Notes under the pieces: model-generated
Database searches by the model: none
Told to the model about the DNA's origin: nothing
Seen by the model: only the letters and a program-made list of their open reading frames with translations
DNA from: Chiloscyllium plagiosum
Lineage: Eukaryota
Direction: 5' to 3'
DNA: 64,000 bases
Assembly (NCBI RefSeq): GCF_004010195.1
Contig: NC_057718.1
Location: 7,794,707 to 7,858,706, forward strand
Translations under genes and position numbers: made by a program
Part shown: one piece after another, positions 11,801 through 22,783 of the stretch
Layout of the letters: every line of letters begins with the position of its first letter
How positions within the stretch are numbered: the first letter of the stretch is position 1

Positions 11801-14800
11801 AGCAGTAACTTTGCACTGCTCTCCCAGTAGTAACTTTTCCCTGCTCTCCCAGTAGTAACTTTTCTCTGCTCTCCCTGTAGTAACCTTTCACTACTCTCCC
11901 AGTAGTAACTTTTCCCTGCACTCCAGTAGTAACTTTTCACGACTCTCCCAGTCGTAACTTTTCCCTGCTGTCCTAGCAGTAACTTTGCACTACTCTCCCA
12001 GTAGTAACTTTTCCCTGCACTCCAGTAATAACTTTTCACTACTCTCCCAGTAGTAACTTTTCCCTGCTCTCCTAGTAGTAGCTGTTCTCTACTCTCCCAG
12101 TAGTAACCTTTCACTACTCTCCCAGTAGTAATTTTTCACTGCTCTCCCAGTAGTAATTTTTCACTACTCTCCCAGGAGTAACATTTCTCTACTCTCCCAG
12201 TCGTAACTTTTCCCTGCTGTCCTAGCAGTAACTTTGCACTGCTCTCCCAGTAGTAACTTTTCCCTGCTCTCCTAGTAGTAAATTTTTTCTGCTCTCCCAG
12301 TAGTAACCTTTCACTACTCTCCCAGTAGTAACTTTTCCCTGCACTCCAGTAGTAACCTTTCACGACTCTCCCAGTCGTAACTTTTCCCTGCTGTCCTAGC
12401 CGTAACTTTGCACTACTCTCCCAGTAGTAACTTTTCCCTGCACTCCAGTAATAACTTTTCACTACTCTCCCAGCAGTAACTTTTCCCTGCTCTCCCAGTA
12501 GTAGCTGTTCTCTACTCTCCCAGTAGTAACCTTTCACTACTCTGCCAGTAGTAACTTTTCCCTGCTCTCCCAGTCGTAACTTTTCACTACTCTCCCAGTA
12601 GTAACTTTTCACTACTGTCCCAGTAGTAACTTTTCACTGCTCACCCAGTAGTACCTTTTCTCTGCTGTCCCAGTAGTAACTTTTCACTACTCTCCCAGTA
12701 ATAACTATTCCCTGCTGTCCCAGCAGTAACTTTGCACTGCTGTCCCAGTAGTAACTTTTCCCAGCTCTCCTTAGTAACTTTTCTCTGCTCTCCCAGTAGT
12801 AATCTTTCTCCGCTCTCCCAGTAGCAACTTTTCCTTGCTCTCCCAGTAGTAACCGTTCCCTGCTCTTCCAGTGGTAACTTTTCACTACTCTCCCAGTCGT
12901 AACCTTTCCCTGCTGTCCCAGCAGTAACTTTGCACTGCTCTCCCAGTAGTAACTTTTCACTGCTCTCCCAGTAGTAAACTTTCACTACTCTCCCAGTAGT
13001 AAGTTTTCCCTGCTCTCCCAGTAGTAACGTTTCACTACTCTCCCAGTAGTAACCTTTCCCTGCTGTCCCAGTCGTAACTTTGCACTGCTCTCCCAGTAGT
13101 AACTTTTCCCTGCTCTCCCAGTAGTAACGTTTCACTACTCTCCCAGTAGTAACCTTTCCCTGCTGTCCCAGTAGTAACTTTGCACTGCTCTCCCAGTAGT
13201 AACTTTTCTGTGCTCTCCCAGTAGTAACCTTTCTCTGCTCTCCCAGTAGTAACCTTTCACTACTCTCCCAATAGTAACTTTTCCCTGCTCTCCCAGTAGT
13301 AACCTTTCACTACTCTCCCAGTAGTAATCTTTCACTATTCTCCCAGTAGTAACTTTTCACTGCTCTCCCAGTAGTAACCTTTCCCTACTCTCCCAGTAGC
13401 AACTTTTCCTGCTATCCCAGCAGTAACCTTTCTCCGTTCTCCCAATAGTAACTTTCTCTGCTCTCCTAGTAGTAATCTTTCACTACTTTCCCAGTAGCAA
13501 CTTTTTCCTGCTCTCTCAGTAGTAACCTTTCACTACTCTCCCAGTAGTAACTTTTCACTACTCTCCCAGTAGTAACTTTTCCTTGCTCTCCCAGTAGTAC
13601 CTTTTCTTTGCTTTCCCAGTAGTAACTTTTCTCTGCTCTCCCAGTAGTAACCTTTCACTACACTCCCAGTAGTAACTTTTCCCTGCTCTCCCAGTAGTAA
13701 CCTTTCACTACACTCCCAGTAGTAACTTTTCCCTGCTGTCCCAGCAGTAACTTTTCGCTGTACTCCCAGTAGTAACTTTTCACTACTCTCACCGTAGTAA
13801 CTTTTCTCTGCTCTCCTAGTAGTAACCTTTTACTATTCTCCCAGTAGTAATCTTTCACTACTCTCCGAGTAGTAACTTTTCACTGCTCTCCCAGTAGTAA
13901 CTTTACCCTGCTGACCCAGCAGTAACTTTGCTCTGCTCTCCCAGTAGTCACCTTTCACTACTCTTCCAGTAGGAACGTTTCACTACTCTCCCAGTAGTAA
14001 CCTTTCACCAATCTCCCAGTAGTGACTTTTCTCTGCTCTCCCAGTAGTAACATTTTACTACTCTCCCAGTAGTAACTGCTCCCTGCTGACCCAGCAGTAA
14101 CATTGCACTGCTCTCTCAGTAGTACTTTTTCACTACTCTCCCAGTAGTAACTTTTCACTACTCTCCCAGTCGTAACTTTTCCCTGCTGACCCAGCAGTAA
14201 CTTTGCATTGCACTCCCAGCAGTAACATTTCCCTTCTGTCCCAGTAGTAACGTTTCCCTGCTATCTCAGTAGTAACTTTGCACTGCTGTCACAGCAGTAA
14301 CTTTGCACTGCTCTCCCAGTAGTAACCTTTCACTATTCTCCCAGTAGTAATCTTTCACTACTCTCCCAGTAGTAACTTTTCACTGCTCTCCCAGTAGTAA
14401 CTTTTCCCTGCTGTCCCAGCAGTAACTTTGCACTGCTCTCCCAGTAGTAACCTTTCACTACTCTTCCAGTAGTAACGTTTCACTACTCTCCCAGTAGTAA
14501 CCATTCACCAATCTCCCAGTAGTAACTTTTCTCTGCTCTCCCAGTAGTAACATTTTACTACTCTCCCAGTAGTAACTGCTCCCTGCTGACCCAGCAGTAA
14601 CATTGCACTGCTCTCTCAGTAGTACTTTTTCACTACTCTCCCAGTAGCAACTTTTCACTACTCTCCCAGTCGTAACGTTTCCCTGCTGACCCAGCAGTAA
14701 CTTTGCATTGCACTCCCAGCAGTAACATTTCCCTTCTGTCCCAGTAGTAACGTTTCCCTGCTATCTCAGTTGTAACTTTGCACTGCTGTCCCAGCAGTAA

Positions 14801-16647
14801 CTTTGCACTGCTCTCCCAGTAGTAACCTTTCACTACTCTCCCAGTAGTAACCTTTCACTACTCTCCCAGTAGTAGCTTTTCACTACTCTCCCAGTAGTAA
14901 CTTTTCCTTGCTCTCCCAGTAGTACCTTTTCTCTGCTTTCCCAGTAGTAACTTTTCTCTGCTCTCCCAGTAGTAACCTTTCACTACACTCCCAGTAGTAA
15001 CTTTTCCCTGCTCTCCCAGTAGTAACCTTTCACTACACTTCCAGTAGTAACGTTTCACTACTCTCCCAGTAGTAACCTTTCACCAATCTCCCAGTAGTAA
15101 CTTTTCTCTGGTCTCCCAGTAGTAACATTTTACTACTCTCCCAGTAGTAACTGCTCCCTGCTGACCCAGCAGTAACATTGCACTGCTCTCTCAGTAGTAC
15201 TTTTTCACTACTCTCCCAGTAGTAACTTTTCACTACTCTCCCAGTCGTAACTTTTCCCTGCTGACCCAGCAGTAACTTTGCATTGCACTCCCAGCAGTAA
15301 CATTTCCCTTCTGTCCCAGTAGTAACGTTTCCCTGCTATCTCAGTAGTAACTTTGCACTGCTGTCCCAGCAGTAACTTTGCACTGCTCTCCCAGTAGTCA
15401 CCTTTCACTACTCTCCCAGTAGTAATCTTTCACTACTCTCCCAGTAGTAACTTTTCACTGCTCTCCCTGTAGTAACTTTTCCCTGCTGTCCCAGCAGTAA
15501 CTTTGCACTGCTCTCCCAGTAGTAACCTTTCACTATTCTTCCAGTAGTAACTTTTCACTACTCTCCCAGTAGTAACCTTTCACCAATCTCCCAGTAGTAA
15601 CTTTTCTCTGCTCTCCCAGTAGTAACGTTTCACTACTCTCCCAGCAGTAACTTTTCCCTGCTCTCCCAGTAGTAACTTTTCACTACTCTCCCAGTAGTCA
15701 CTTTTCCCTGCTGTCCCAGTAGTAACTTTTCACTACTCTCCCAGTAGTCACTTTTCCCTGCTGACCCAGCAGTAACTTTGCATTGTTCTCCCAGTAGTAA
15801 CGTTTCCCTGCTCTCCCAGCAGTAACATTTCCCTGCTCTCCCATTAGTAACTTTTCCCTGCTATCCCAGTAGTAACTTTTCACTACTCTCCCAGTAGTAG
15901 CTTTTCCCTGCTGTCCCAATAGTCACATTTTACTACTCTCCCAGTGGTAACTGTTCCCTGCTGACCCAGCAGTAACATTGCACTGCTCTCCCAGTAGTAA
16001 CTTTTCACTACTCTCCCAGTAGTAACTTTTCCCTGCTCTCCCAGTAGTAACTTTTCACTACTCTCCCAGTTGTAACTTTTCCCTGCTGACTCAGCAGTAA
16101 CTTTGCATTGCACTCCCAGTTGTAACATTTCCCTTCTCTCCTCGTAGTAACTTTTCCCTGCTATCCCAGTAATAACTTTGCACTGCTGTCCCAGCAGTAA
16201 CTTTGCACTGCTCTCCCAGTTATAACTTTTCCCTGCTCTCCCCGTAGTAACTTTGCACTGCTGTCCCAGCAGTAACTTTGCACTGCTCTCCCAGTAGTAA
16301 CTTTTCACTACTCTCCCAGTAGTAACTTTTCCCTGCTCTCCCAGCAGTAACATTTCCCTGCTCTCCCAGTAGTAACTTTTCCCTGCTCTCCCAGTAGTAA
16401 CTTTGCACTGCTCTCCCAGTAGCAGTATTTTACTACTCTCCCAGTAGCAGCATTTTATTACTCTCCCAGTATTAACTTTTCCCTGCTGACCCAGCAGTAA
16501 CTTTGCACTGCTCTCCCAGTAGTAACTTTTCACTACTCTCCCAGTAGTAACTTTTCACTACTCTCCCAGTTGTAACTTTTCCCTGCTGACCCAGCAGTAA
16601 CTTTGCACTGCTCTCCCAGCAGTAATGTTTCCCTTCTCTCCCAGTAG
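8870..16647. repeat. 25-bp tandem satellite (~310 units), consensus CTCTCCCAGTAGTAACTTTTC(CCTG/ACTA), truncated by an assembly gap
   Basis: Continuous 25-bp periodicity read directly over ~7.8 kb. Occasional 23-bp units. All minus-strand ORFs here are repeat translations. Confidence 0.97.
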
Positions 16648-17147
16648 NNNNNNNNNNNNNNNNNNNNNNNNNNNNNNNNNNNNNNNNNNNNNNNNNNNNN
16701 NNNNNNNNNNNNNNNNNNNNNNNNNNNNNNNNNNNNNNNNNNNNNNNNNNNNNNNNNNNNNNNNNNNNNNNNNNNNNNNNNNNNNNNNNNNNNNNNNNNN
16801 NNNNNNNNNNNNNNNNNNNNNNNNNNNNNNNNNNNNNNNNNNNNNNNNNNNNNNNNNNNNNNNNNNNNNNNNNNNNNNNNNNNNNNNNNNNNNNNNNNNN
16901 NNNNNNNNNNNNNNNNNNNNNNNNNNNNNNNNNNNNNNNNNNNNNNNNNNNNNNNNNNNNNNNNNNNNNNNNNNNNNNNNNNNNNNNNNNNNNNNNNNNN
17001 NNNNNNNNNNNNNNNNNNNNNNNNNNNNNNNNNNNNNNNNNNNNNNNNNNNNNNNNNNNNNNNNNNNNNNNNNNNNNNNNNNNNNNNNNNNNNNNNNNNN
17101 NNNNNNNNNNNNNNNNNNNNNNNNNNNNNNNNNNNNNNNNNNNNNNN
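16648..17147. other. Assembly gap (500 N)
   Basis: Run of N; the round length suggests a scaffolding placeholder. Confidence 0.99.
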
Positions 17148-18215
17148 CGTCAGTGCTGAGGGTGTGCATCATTGTCAGAGGGTCAATACTGCGGGTGTGC
17201 CGCACTGTCAGAGCGTCAGTGCTGAGGTAGTGCAGCAATGTTGGAGGTTCAGTATTGAGGGACTGCTGCTCTTTTGGAGAGTCAGTGCTGAAGGAGTGCT
17301 GCACTGTCAGAGGGTCAGTAATGAGGAAGTGCCGCACTGTTTGAGGGTCAGTACTGCAGGTGTGCTGCACTGTCAGAGTGTCAGTGCTGAGTGTGTGCAT
17401 CATTGTCAGAGGATCAATACTGAGGGAGGGCTGCACTGTCCGAGGGTCAGCACTGAGGGTGTGCTGCACTGTCAGAGGGCCAGCACTGAGGGTGTGCTGC
17501 ACTGTCAGAGGGTCAGCACTGAGGGTGTGCTGCACTGTCAGAGGGTCAGCACTGAGGGAGTGCAGCACTGATGGGGGGTCAGCACTGAGGGAGGGCAGCA
17601 CTGTCAGAGGGTCAGCACTGAGGGAGTGCAGCACTGATGGGGGGTCAGCACTGAGGGAGGGCAGCACTGTTGGAGGGTCAGCACTGAGGGAGTGCAGCAC
17701 TGCCGGAGGGTCAGTACTGTGGAACCGCTGCACTTGCTGGGCTAGAACTGATGAGTGCTGCACTGTCGCTGGTTCAGTGCTGAGGGAGGGCCACACTGGC
17801 GGAGGGTCAGTACTGAGAGTGTGTTGCACTGTCAGAGGGTCAGTACTGAGGGGGTGCAGCACTGTCAGAGGGTCAGCACTGAGGGAATGCAGCACTGTCA
17901 GAGGGTCAGTGTTGAGGGAGTGCAGCACTGTCGGAGGGTCAGTACTGAGGCAGTGCCGCTCTGTCGGAGGGTCAGTGCTGAGGGAGTGCCGCAATGTCAG
18001 AGGGTCAGTGCTGAGGGACTGCAGCAATGTCGGAGTGTCAGTACTGAGGGGATGCAGTACTGTCAAAGGATCAGTACTGAGGGATTGCTGCTCTGTCAGA
18101 GGGTCAGTGCTGAGGGAGTGTAGCACTGTCAGAGGGTCAAAACTGACGAGTGCTGTACTGTTGCTGGTCCAGTTTGAGGGATTGTTGCACTGTCGGAGGG
18201 CCAGTGCTGAGGGAA
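17148..18215. repeat. 33-bp minisatellite (GAGGGTCAGTACTGAGGGAGTGCTGCACTGTCA), ~32 units
   Basis: 33-bp periodicity; the long ORFs on both strands show 11-aa periodicity (e.g. LSADPLTVQHT). Confidence 0.95.
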
Positions 18216-18829
18216 TGCTGGTTGTCAAGAAAAGTGCTACATAAATACAAGTGCGACTTTGTTGTACTCAAAATTAATTAAATTAAGTTGCATCTTCTTG
18301 TGCAAAGAAATGCAAAGTAATGCAGAACAATCGAAAGAGTGATTCAAAGACTGGAGCTTGAGAAAGAATGAATAAAAATGAGATGATGAATAGGTTGAGA
18401 AGAAAGTAAAACTGATCAGAAACGAGCAGGATTTGGAGTTTGGATAGCTGGGCAATGGACTAAGAAATGGAAAGGGGTAATGACAAGTGTGAAGATATTT
18501 CGGCTGTGTTTCCACAGCTGCTGTTAGCTTGTGATGTCTCATTGTCTGAAAGACCATCACGGGGGATGTAGAGGCTAAATCTACCACCAGGTGGCAGTGA
18601 CAGGAGGGTTTCCGCCCTACAGGAGAAAATGGTGAATGTGCTCTCTCCAGGATAATGAGATGTTCATTTAAAACCAGGGCAAGAAGTTGAGAAGGAATTA
18701 ATGGAGTTAAATGGATTCTACTGACAGAAGAGATCACAAATTTAATGTAATTGACCAATGAACCAATTGGGAAGAATTGTTTTTACGCAACACGTTTTTA
18801 GGGAAGGTACTTTCTGAACAGACAGATTC

Positions 18830-19125
18830 ATAGAATCCCTATAGTATGGAAACAGGTGATTGGCCCAACAAATCCCCGGTACCCCACCCAGACCTAGTCC
18901 CCTACCCTATCACTTTACGTTTCCCCTGACTATTGCACCTAGGCTACACATAATGGGCAATCATGCGTGGCCAATCTGCCCTAACCTGCACGTATTTGGA
19001 CTGTGGGAGGAAACCCAAGCAAACACAGGGAGAATGTGCGAATTCCACACAGTCAGTCGCCCAAGACGGTAATCAAACCCAGGTCCCTGGCACCATGAGG
19101 CAGCAGTGCTAACCACTCAGCCACC
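18830..19125 (-). mobile_element. HE1-type V-SINE
   Basis: Homologous to 3540-3856. Confidence 0.85.
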
Positions 19126-19424
19126 AGTCATTCAATTGGAGAAATAAGTGAGAAAGGTAGCATTTCTACAGTGGAAGGGAGTGGCACTAATTGTATAGCT
19201 CTTTCAGAGATCCAGCAGAGTTAGAATTGGATGAAGGGCCTCCGTCTGGGCTGCACTGCCACTCAGGCTTGGGTTTTATGAGCCAGGACTGTTTATGGGT
19301 TCGAATCCAGCCTCAGTTAACCTTTGACTGGATTGAATTTCACTTCCATTAAAGTTGTAGAAAACACTAGTTTGATCTCAGTTGGAGTGTTTGGTCCGGT
19401 TCTGGGCATTATACTTCTGCTCTT

Positions 19425-19650
19425 TGATTTGATTTATTGTAATACGTACCTAGGTACAGGGAAACATTTTTGTCTTGTGTGCAGTACAGGCAGATCATAC
19501 CGTGCATTAGGGTAATAGATCAGAGCGAGGAATACAATGTTACAGCTGCAAAGAAGGTGCACACAGCGAGAGATCAATATTAAATTTGAAATGTGAGGTT
19601 CATTCAGAAGTCGAATAACAGTGGGGAAGAAGCTGTTCTTGAATCTGCAA
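19425..19650 (-). mobile_element. Rex1/Babar-like LINE 3' end fragment
   Basis: The minus strand encodes RFKNSFFPTVIRLLN and has a 3' UTR homologous to 44540-44770. Confidence 0.65.
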
Positions 19651-19784
19651 AATGACTGCAACATTTTGAACATGAACTTGAAAGTGTCAGAGGGAATTCT
19701 TGTTCTACGGGCAACGACGGACAGAAACCATTGATCAATCTGTGGGTGACAGTAGATGCAGAGTTAAGGTGTGTAATTACAAGA

Positions 19785-20103
19785 GTGACTCAGTGGTTAA
19801 CACAGCTGCCTCACAGCATATGGGACCTGGCTTCAATTCCACCCTCAGGTGACTGTGTGGAATTTGCACGTTCTCCCCATGTCTGTGTGGGTTTCCTCCG
19901 GGTGCTCTGGTTTCCTCCCACAGTCCAAAGATGTGCAGGTCAGGGTGGATTGGCCATGCTAAATTGCACACAGTATGTAGGCTAGTTAGGTTAGCCATAG
20001 GAAATGTAGGGTTACAGGGATGGGTGTGTCAGGGTGGGATTCTCTTCAGAGGGAGGGACTCAATGGCCTGAAGAGCTTGCTTCCCTACTGCAGGGATTCT
20101 ATG
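19785..20103 (+). mobile_element. HE1-type V-SINE
   Basis: gtgactcagtggttaacacagctgcctcacagc.. V-domain.. tail actgcagggattctatga. Confidence 0.85.
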
Positions 20104-20332
20104 AATGCACAGAGCAAACTGTCATCATCAGGCTGGTGATAGCATTTAAAGCATTCCAAAAAAATATCCTGGACCAACCCAACAATTACTATGTAGAAAC
20201 TGGACACATGGATGAAGAGTTAATTATGGGTGGACTCGACAGATTATGTGCAATCCAGTATTCGGGAGGTGATGGCCTAGTGGTATTATCACTGGACTGT
20301 TATTCCCAGAGAGCCAGGTAATATTGTGGGGA

Positions 20333-20552
20333 TGGAAATGTGTTGCTGGAAAAGCGCAGCAGGTCAGGCAGCATCTAGGGAACAGGAGAATCGACGTTTC
20401 GGGCGTTAGCCCTTCTTCAGGATTCCTGAAGAAGGGCTAATGCCCGAAACGTCGATTCTCCTGTTCCCTAGATGCTGCCTGACCTGCTGCGCTTTTCCAG
20501 CAACACATTTCCATCTCTGATCTCCAGCATCTGCAGACCTCACTTTCTCCTC
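20333..20552. mobile_element. Penelope-like family A tailed palindrome with 14-bp TSD
   Basis: Near-perfect inverted repeat centred at ~20423, with an extra ~35-nt tail on the right arm. TSD taatattgtgggga at 20319-20332 and 20553-20566. Confidence 0.85.
20387..20426 (-). ncRNA. Minimal type-I hammerhead ribozyme (predicted)
   Basis: The minus strand reads GGAAUC-CUGAAGA-A-GGGC(UAAC)GCCC-GAAAC-GUC-GAUUCU: intact core, 4-bp helix II, 6-bp helix I (one G-U), GUC cleavage triplet, and helix III reduced to the palindrome ACGU. Confidence 0.75.
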
Positions 20553-20668
20553 TAATATTGTGGGGACCCAGGTTCATGACAGATGGTGGAATTTGAATTC
20601 AACAAATATCTGTAATTAATGATGTGGAGGTACCAGTGTTGGACTCGGGTGGGCAAGGTCAGAAGTCA

Positions 20669-20840
20669 GGTTGGAGACAGTGAGGTCTGGAGATCAGAGT
20701 TGGGAGTGTTTTGCTGGAAAAGCACAGCAGGTCAGGCAGCATCTGAGGAGCAGGAAAATCAACGTTTCGGGCTGAAACATTGATTTTCCTGTTCCTCGGA
20801 AGCTGCCTGACCTGCTGTGCATTTTCCAGCAACACACTCT
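20669..20840. mobile_element. Penelope-like family A palindrome with 15-bp TSD, nested in a family B element
   Basis: TSD caaggtcagaagtca at 20654-20668 and 20841-20855. Confidence 0.8.
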
Positions 20841-22462
20841 CAAGGTCAGAAGTCACCCAACATCAGGTTGTAGTCTAATAGGTTTATTTGAAATAAACCT
20901 GGTGTGATGAGACTTCTGACTTTATTTGGAATTAAGAGTCTAATGATCATGAAACCATGGTGGAAAGACGCATTTGGTTCACTAATGCCCTTTAGGGAAG
21001 GGAAATGCCATCCCTACCAAGTCTGGCCTACATGTGACTCCAGACCCACATGTGGGTGACACTTAACTGCCCTCTGGGCAATAAATGCTGGCCCGGCCAG
21101 TGACGCCCTCATCCCGTGAATGAATGAAAAAGAATCTACTAGCACGCCAGACAGTGCAGGTAACGCAAGTAAGGGATACAGTCAGTGTACGTTGATACAA
21201 CTCCTGAGTGGATGGCTGGCATTTCATGCATGTGGCACTGGAGGACATTGGGAGAGTCGGTGCAGAATTCACAAAAGGTAAAATCAAACCCAGGGTCTTA
21301 CAGGAGAAAAATCAGAGAGAGGGTACTAGTCTGGACCTGCTTCTATGGGTCCAGTAACTTTTTCCACACTACTGTTAAAAAAAAACCAAACCAAACCAGA
21401 GAAAAGCTGAGCTGGGAGAACTGGCCACTTCCCTTTCATTGTACAAGTGTTCACTTTTTCTTTTAACTTCAGCCTTCTGCCTGAGGCAGTATCTGTTAGC
21501 TATAATCAAATTGGCCCTGAAATCTACTTAGACTTTTCAGAACTTGTGTTTTATACAACTTCTCTGAAATAAAAGGCAAGGACAACATAACCTTGTGAAA
21601 GGAGTAGCTCTGTCAGACTGGGTCAGCCATGCTCAATGGGTCTCTAGCTGCTGGTGACCGGAACACCTCGCTGTGCGAAGAACATGGTTTGTCTCAAGCA
21701 CCCTCAGCTCCGAGTTGCTGAACTGAGTGCCTGGGTTGAAGCATCACAGATTATCAGGGAAGGGGGACAGTTACTGTATATGCTGCTCAAGGAGGTAGTC
21801 ACAGGCCTAGTATCAAGACTGATTGGTCAATTATTTGGAACAGGAAGTTGTGACAAATTTGGGCAATCACAGTGTACAGAGATTGAGGAACCTTGACCCT
21901 TGCCTTTACTCAGACTGTGCTAAGTACTTGCCTCCTGGGCGTATGAAGACAAATACTTCAGGGTGGATGGACAAACTGACAATGGCACCAGGGTGCAGGA
22001 GACCATTGAACTGTGCAGAGTGTAAAGGTGTGGCTGGGAGGCAGTGTAGACCAGAGGATAGAGCAGTAGTGAGCAGGAGTTATGTAGATTTGAATACTTT
22101 CCCAGATCCAGGATTAGAGACACCTCCTTGAGGCTGAAGGTGAGCGTGAAGTGAGAAGTGAAGAACCCATTATCATGATACATGCAGGAGTCAACAGGGG
22201 TGATGTTGTGCTATGAGGTTTTCAAGGGTTGGGGACTAATTAAAGATGCTGAACCTCAAAGGTAATAGACCTGGTGTTGTTGTGTGAAATATACACCAAC
22301 ATGGCAGATTAGAGAATTAAATCCATGGCAGAAGGAATGGTTTGACTCAAGGCATGCTGGCATCAATACCACAGAGAGAAAGAGCTCTCCCAGTGGGAAG
22401 TAGTTTACATAAACTGCTCTGGGATCAATGAGATGCTAATCATGGTGAATCACAAAAAGCTG

Positions 22463-22783
22463 TGTGGCATGGTGAGTCAGTGGTTTAGCGTTGCTGCCTC
22501 ACAGCACCAGGGACCTGGATTCGATTCCAGCCTCGGGTGACCGTCTGTGTGGAGTTTGCACATTCTCCCCGTGGGTCTGCGTGGGTTTCCTCCGGGTGCT
22601 ATAGATTCCTCCCACAATCCAAAGATGTGCAGGTCAGGTGAATTGGCCATGCTAATTTGCCCATAGTGTTAGGTGCAATAGTCAGGGCAATGGGTCTGGG
22701 TGGGTTACTCTTCGGAGGGTCAGTGTGGACTTGTTGGGCCAAATGGCCTGTTTCTACACAGCAGGGAATCTAATCTAATCTAA
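22463..22783 (+). mobile_element. HE1-type V-SINE, full length
   Basis: Box A/B, V-domain and tail gggaatctaatctaatctaa. Confidence 0.9.

Larger units (their letters stand above)
20265..21131 (+). mobile_element. tRNA-derived SINE (second family) carrying nested Penelope-like insertions
   Basis: Box A TGGCCTAGTGG, body ggttcactaatgccctttagggaagg..ggcctacatgtgactccagacccac, tail gggcaataaatgctggc..catcccgtgaatgaatgaaaaa. Confidence 0.8.

Noticed and set aside
8870..16647. CRISPR-like array, or a repetitive protein (YYWESSEKLLLGEQ ORFs)
   Set aside because: Head-to-tail 25-bp monomers with no unique spacers and no cas genes. The same peptide appears in all three frames because 25 is not divisible by 3.
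16558..18244. 556-aa mucin-like ORF and 294-aa Cys-rich ORF
   Set aside because: These are translations of the 33-bp minisatellite, open on both strands and bridged by an N gap.
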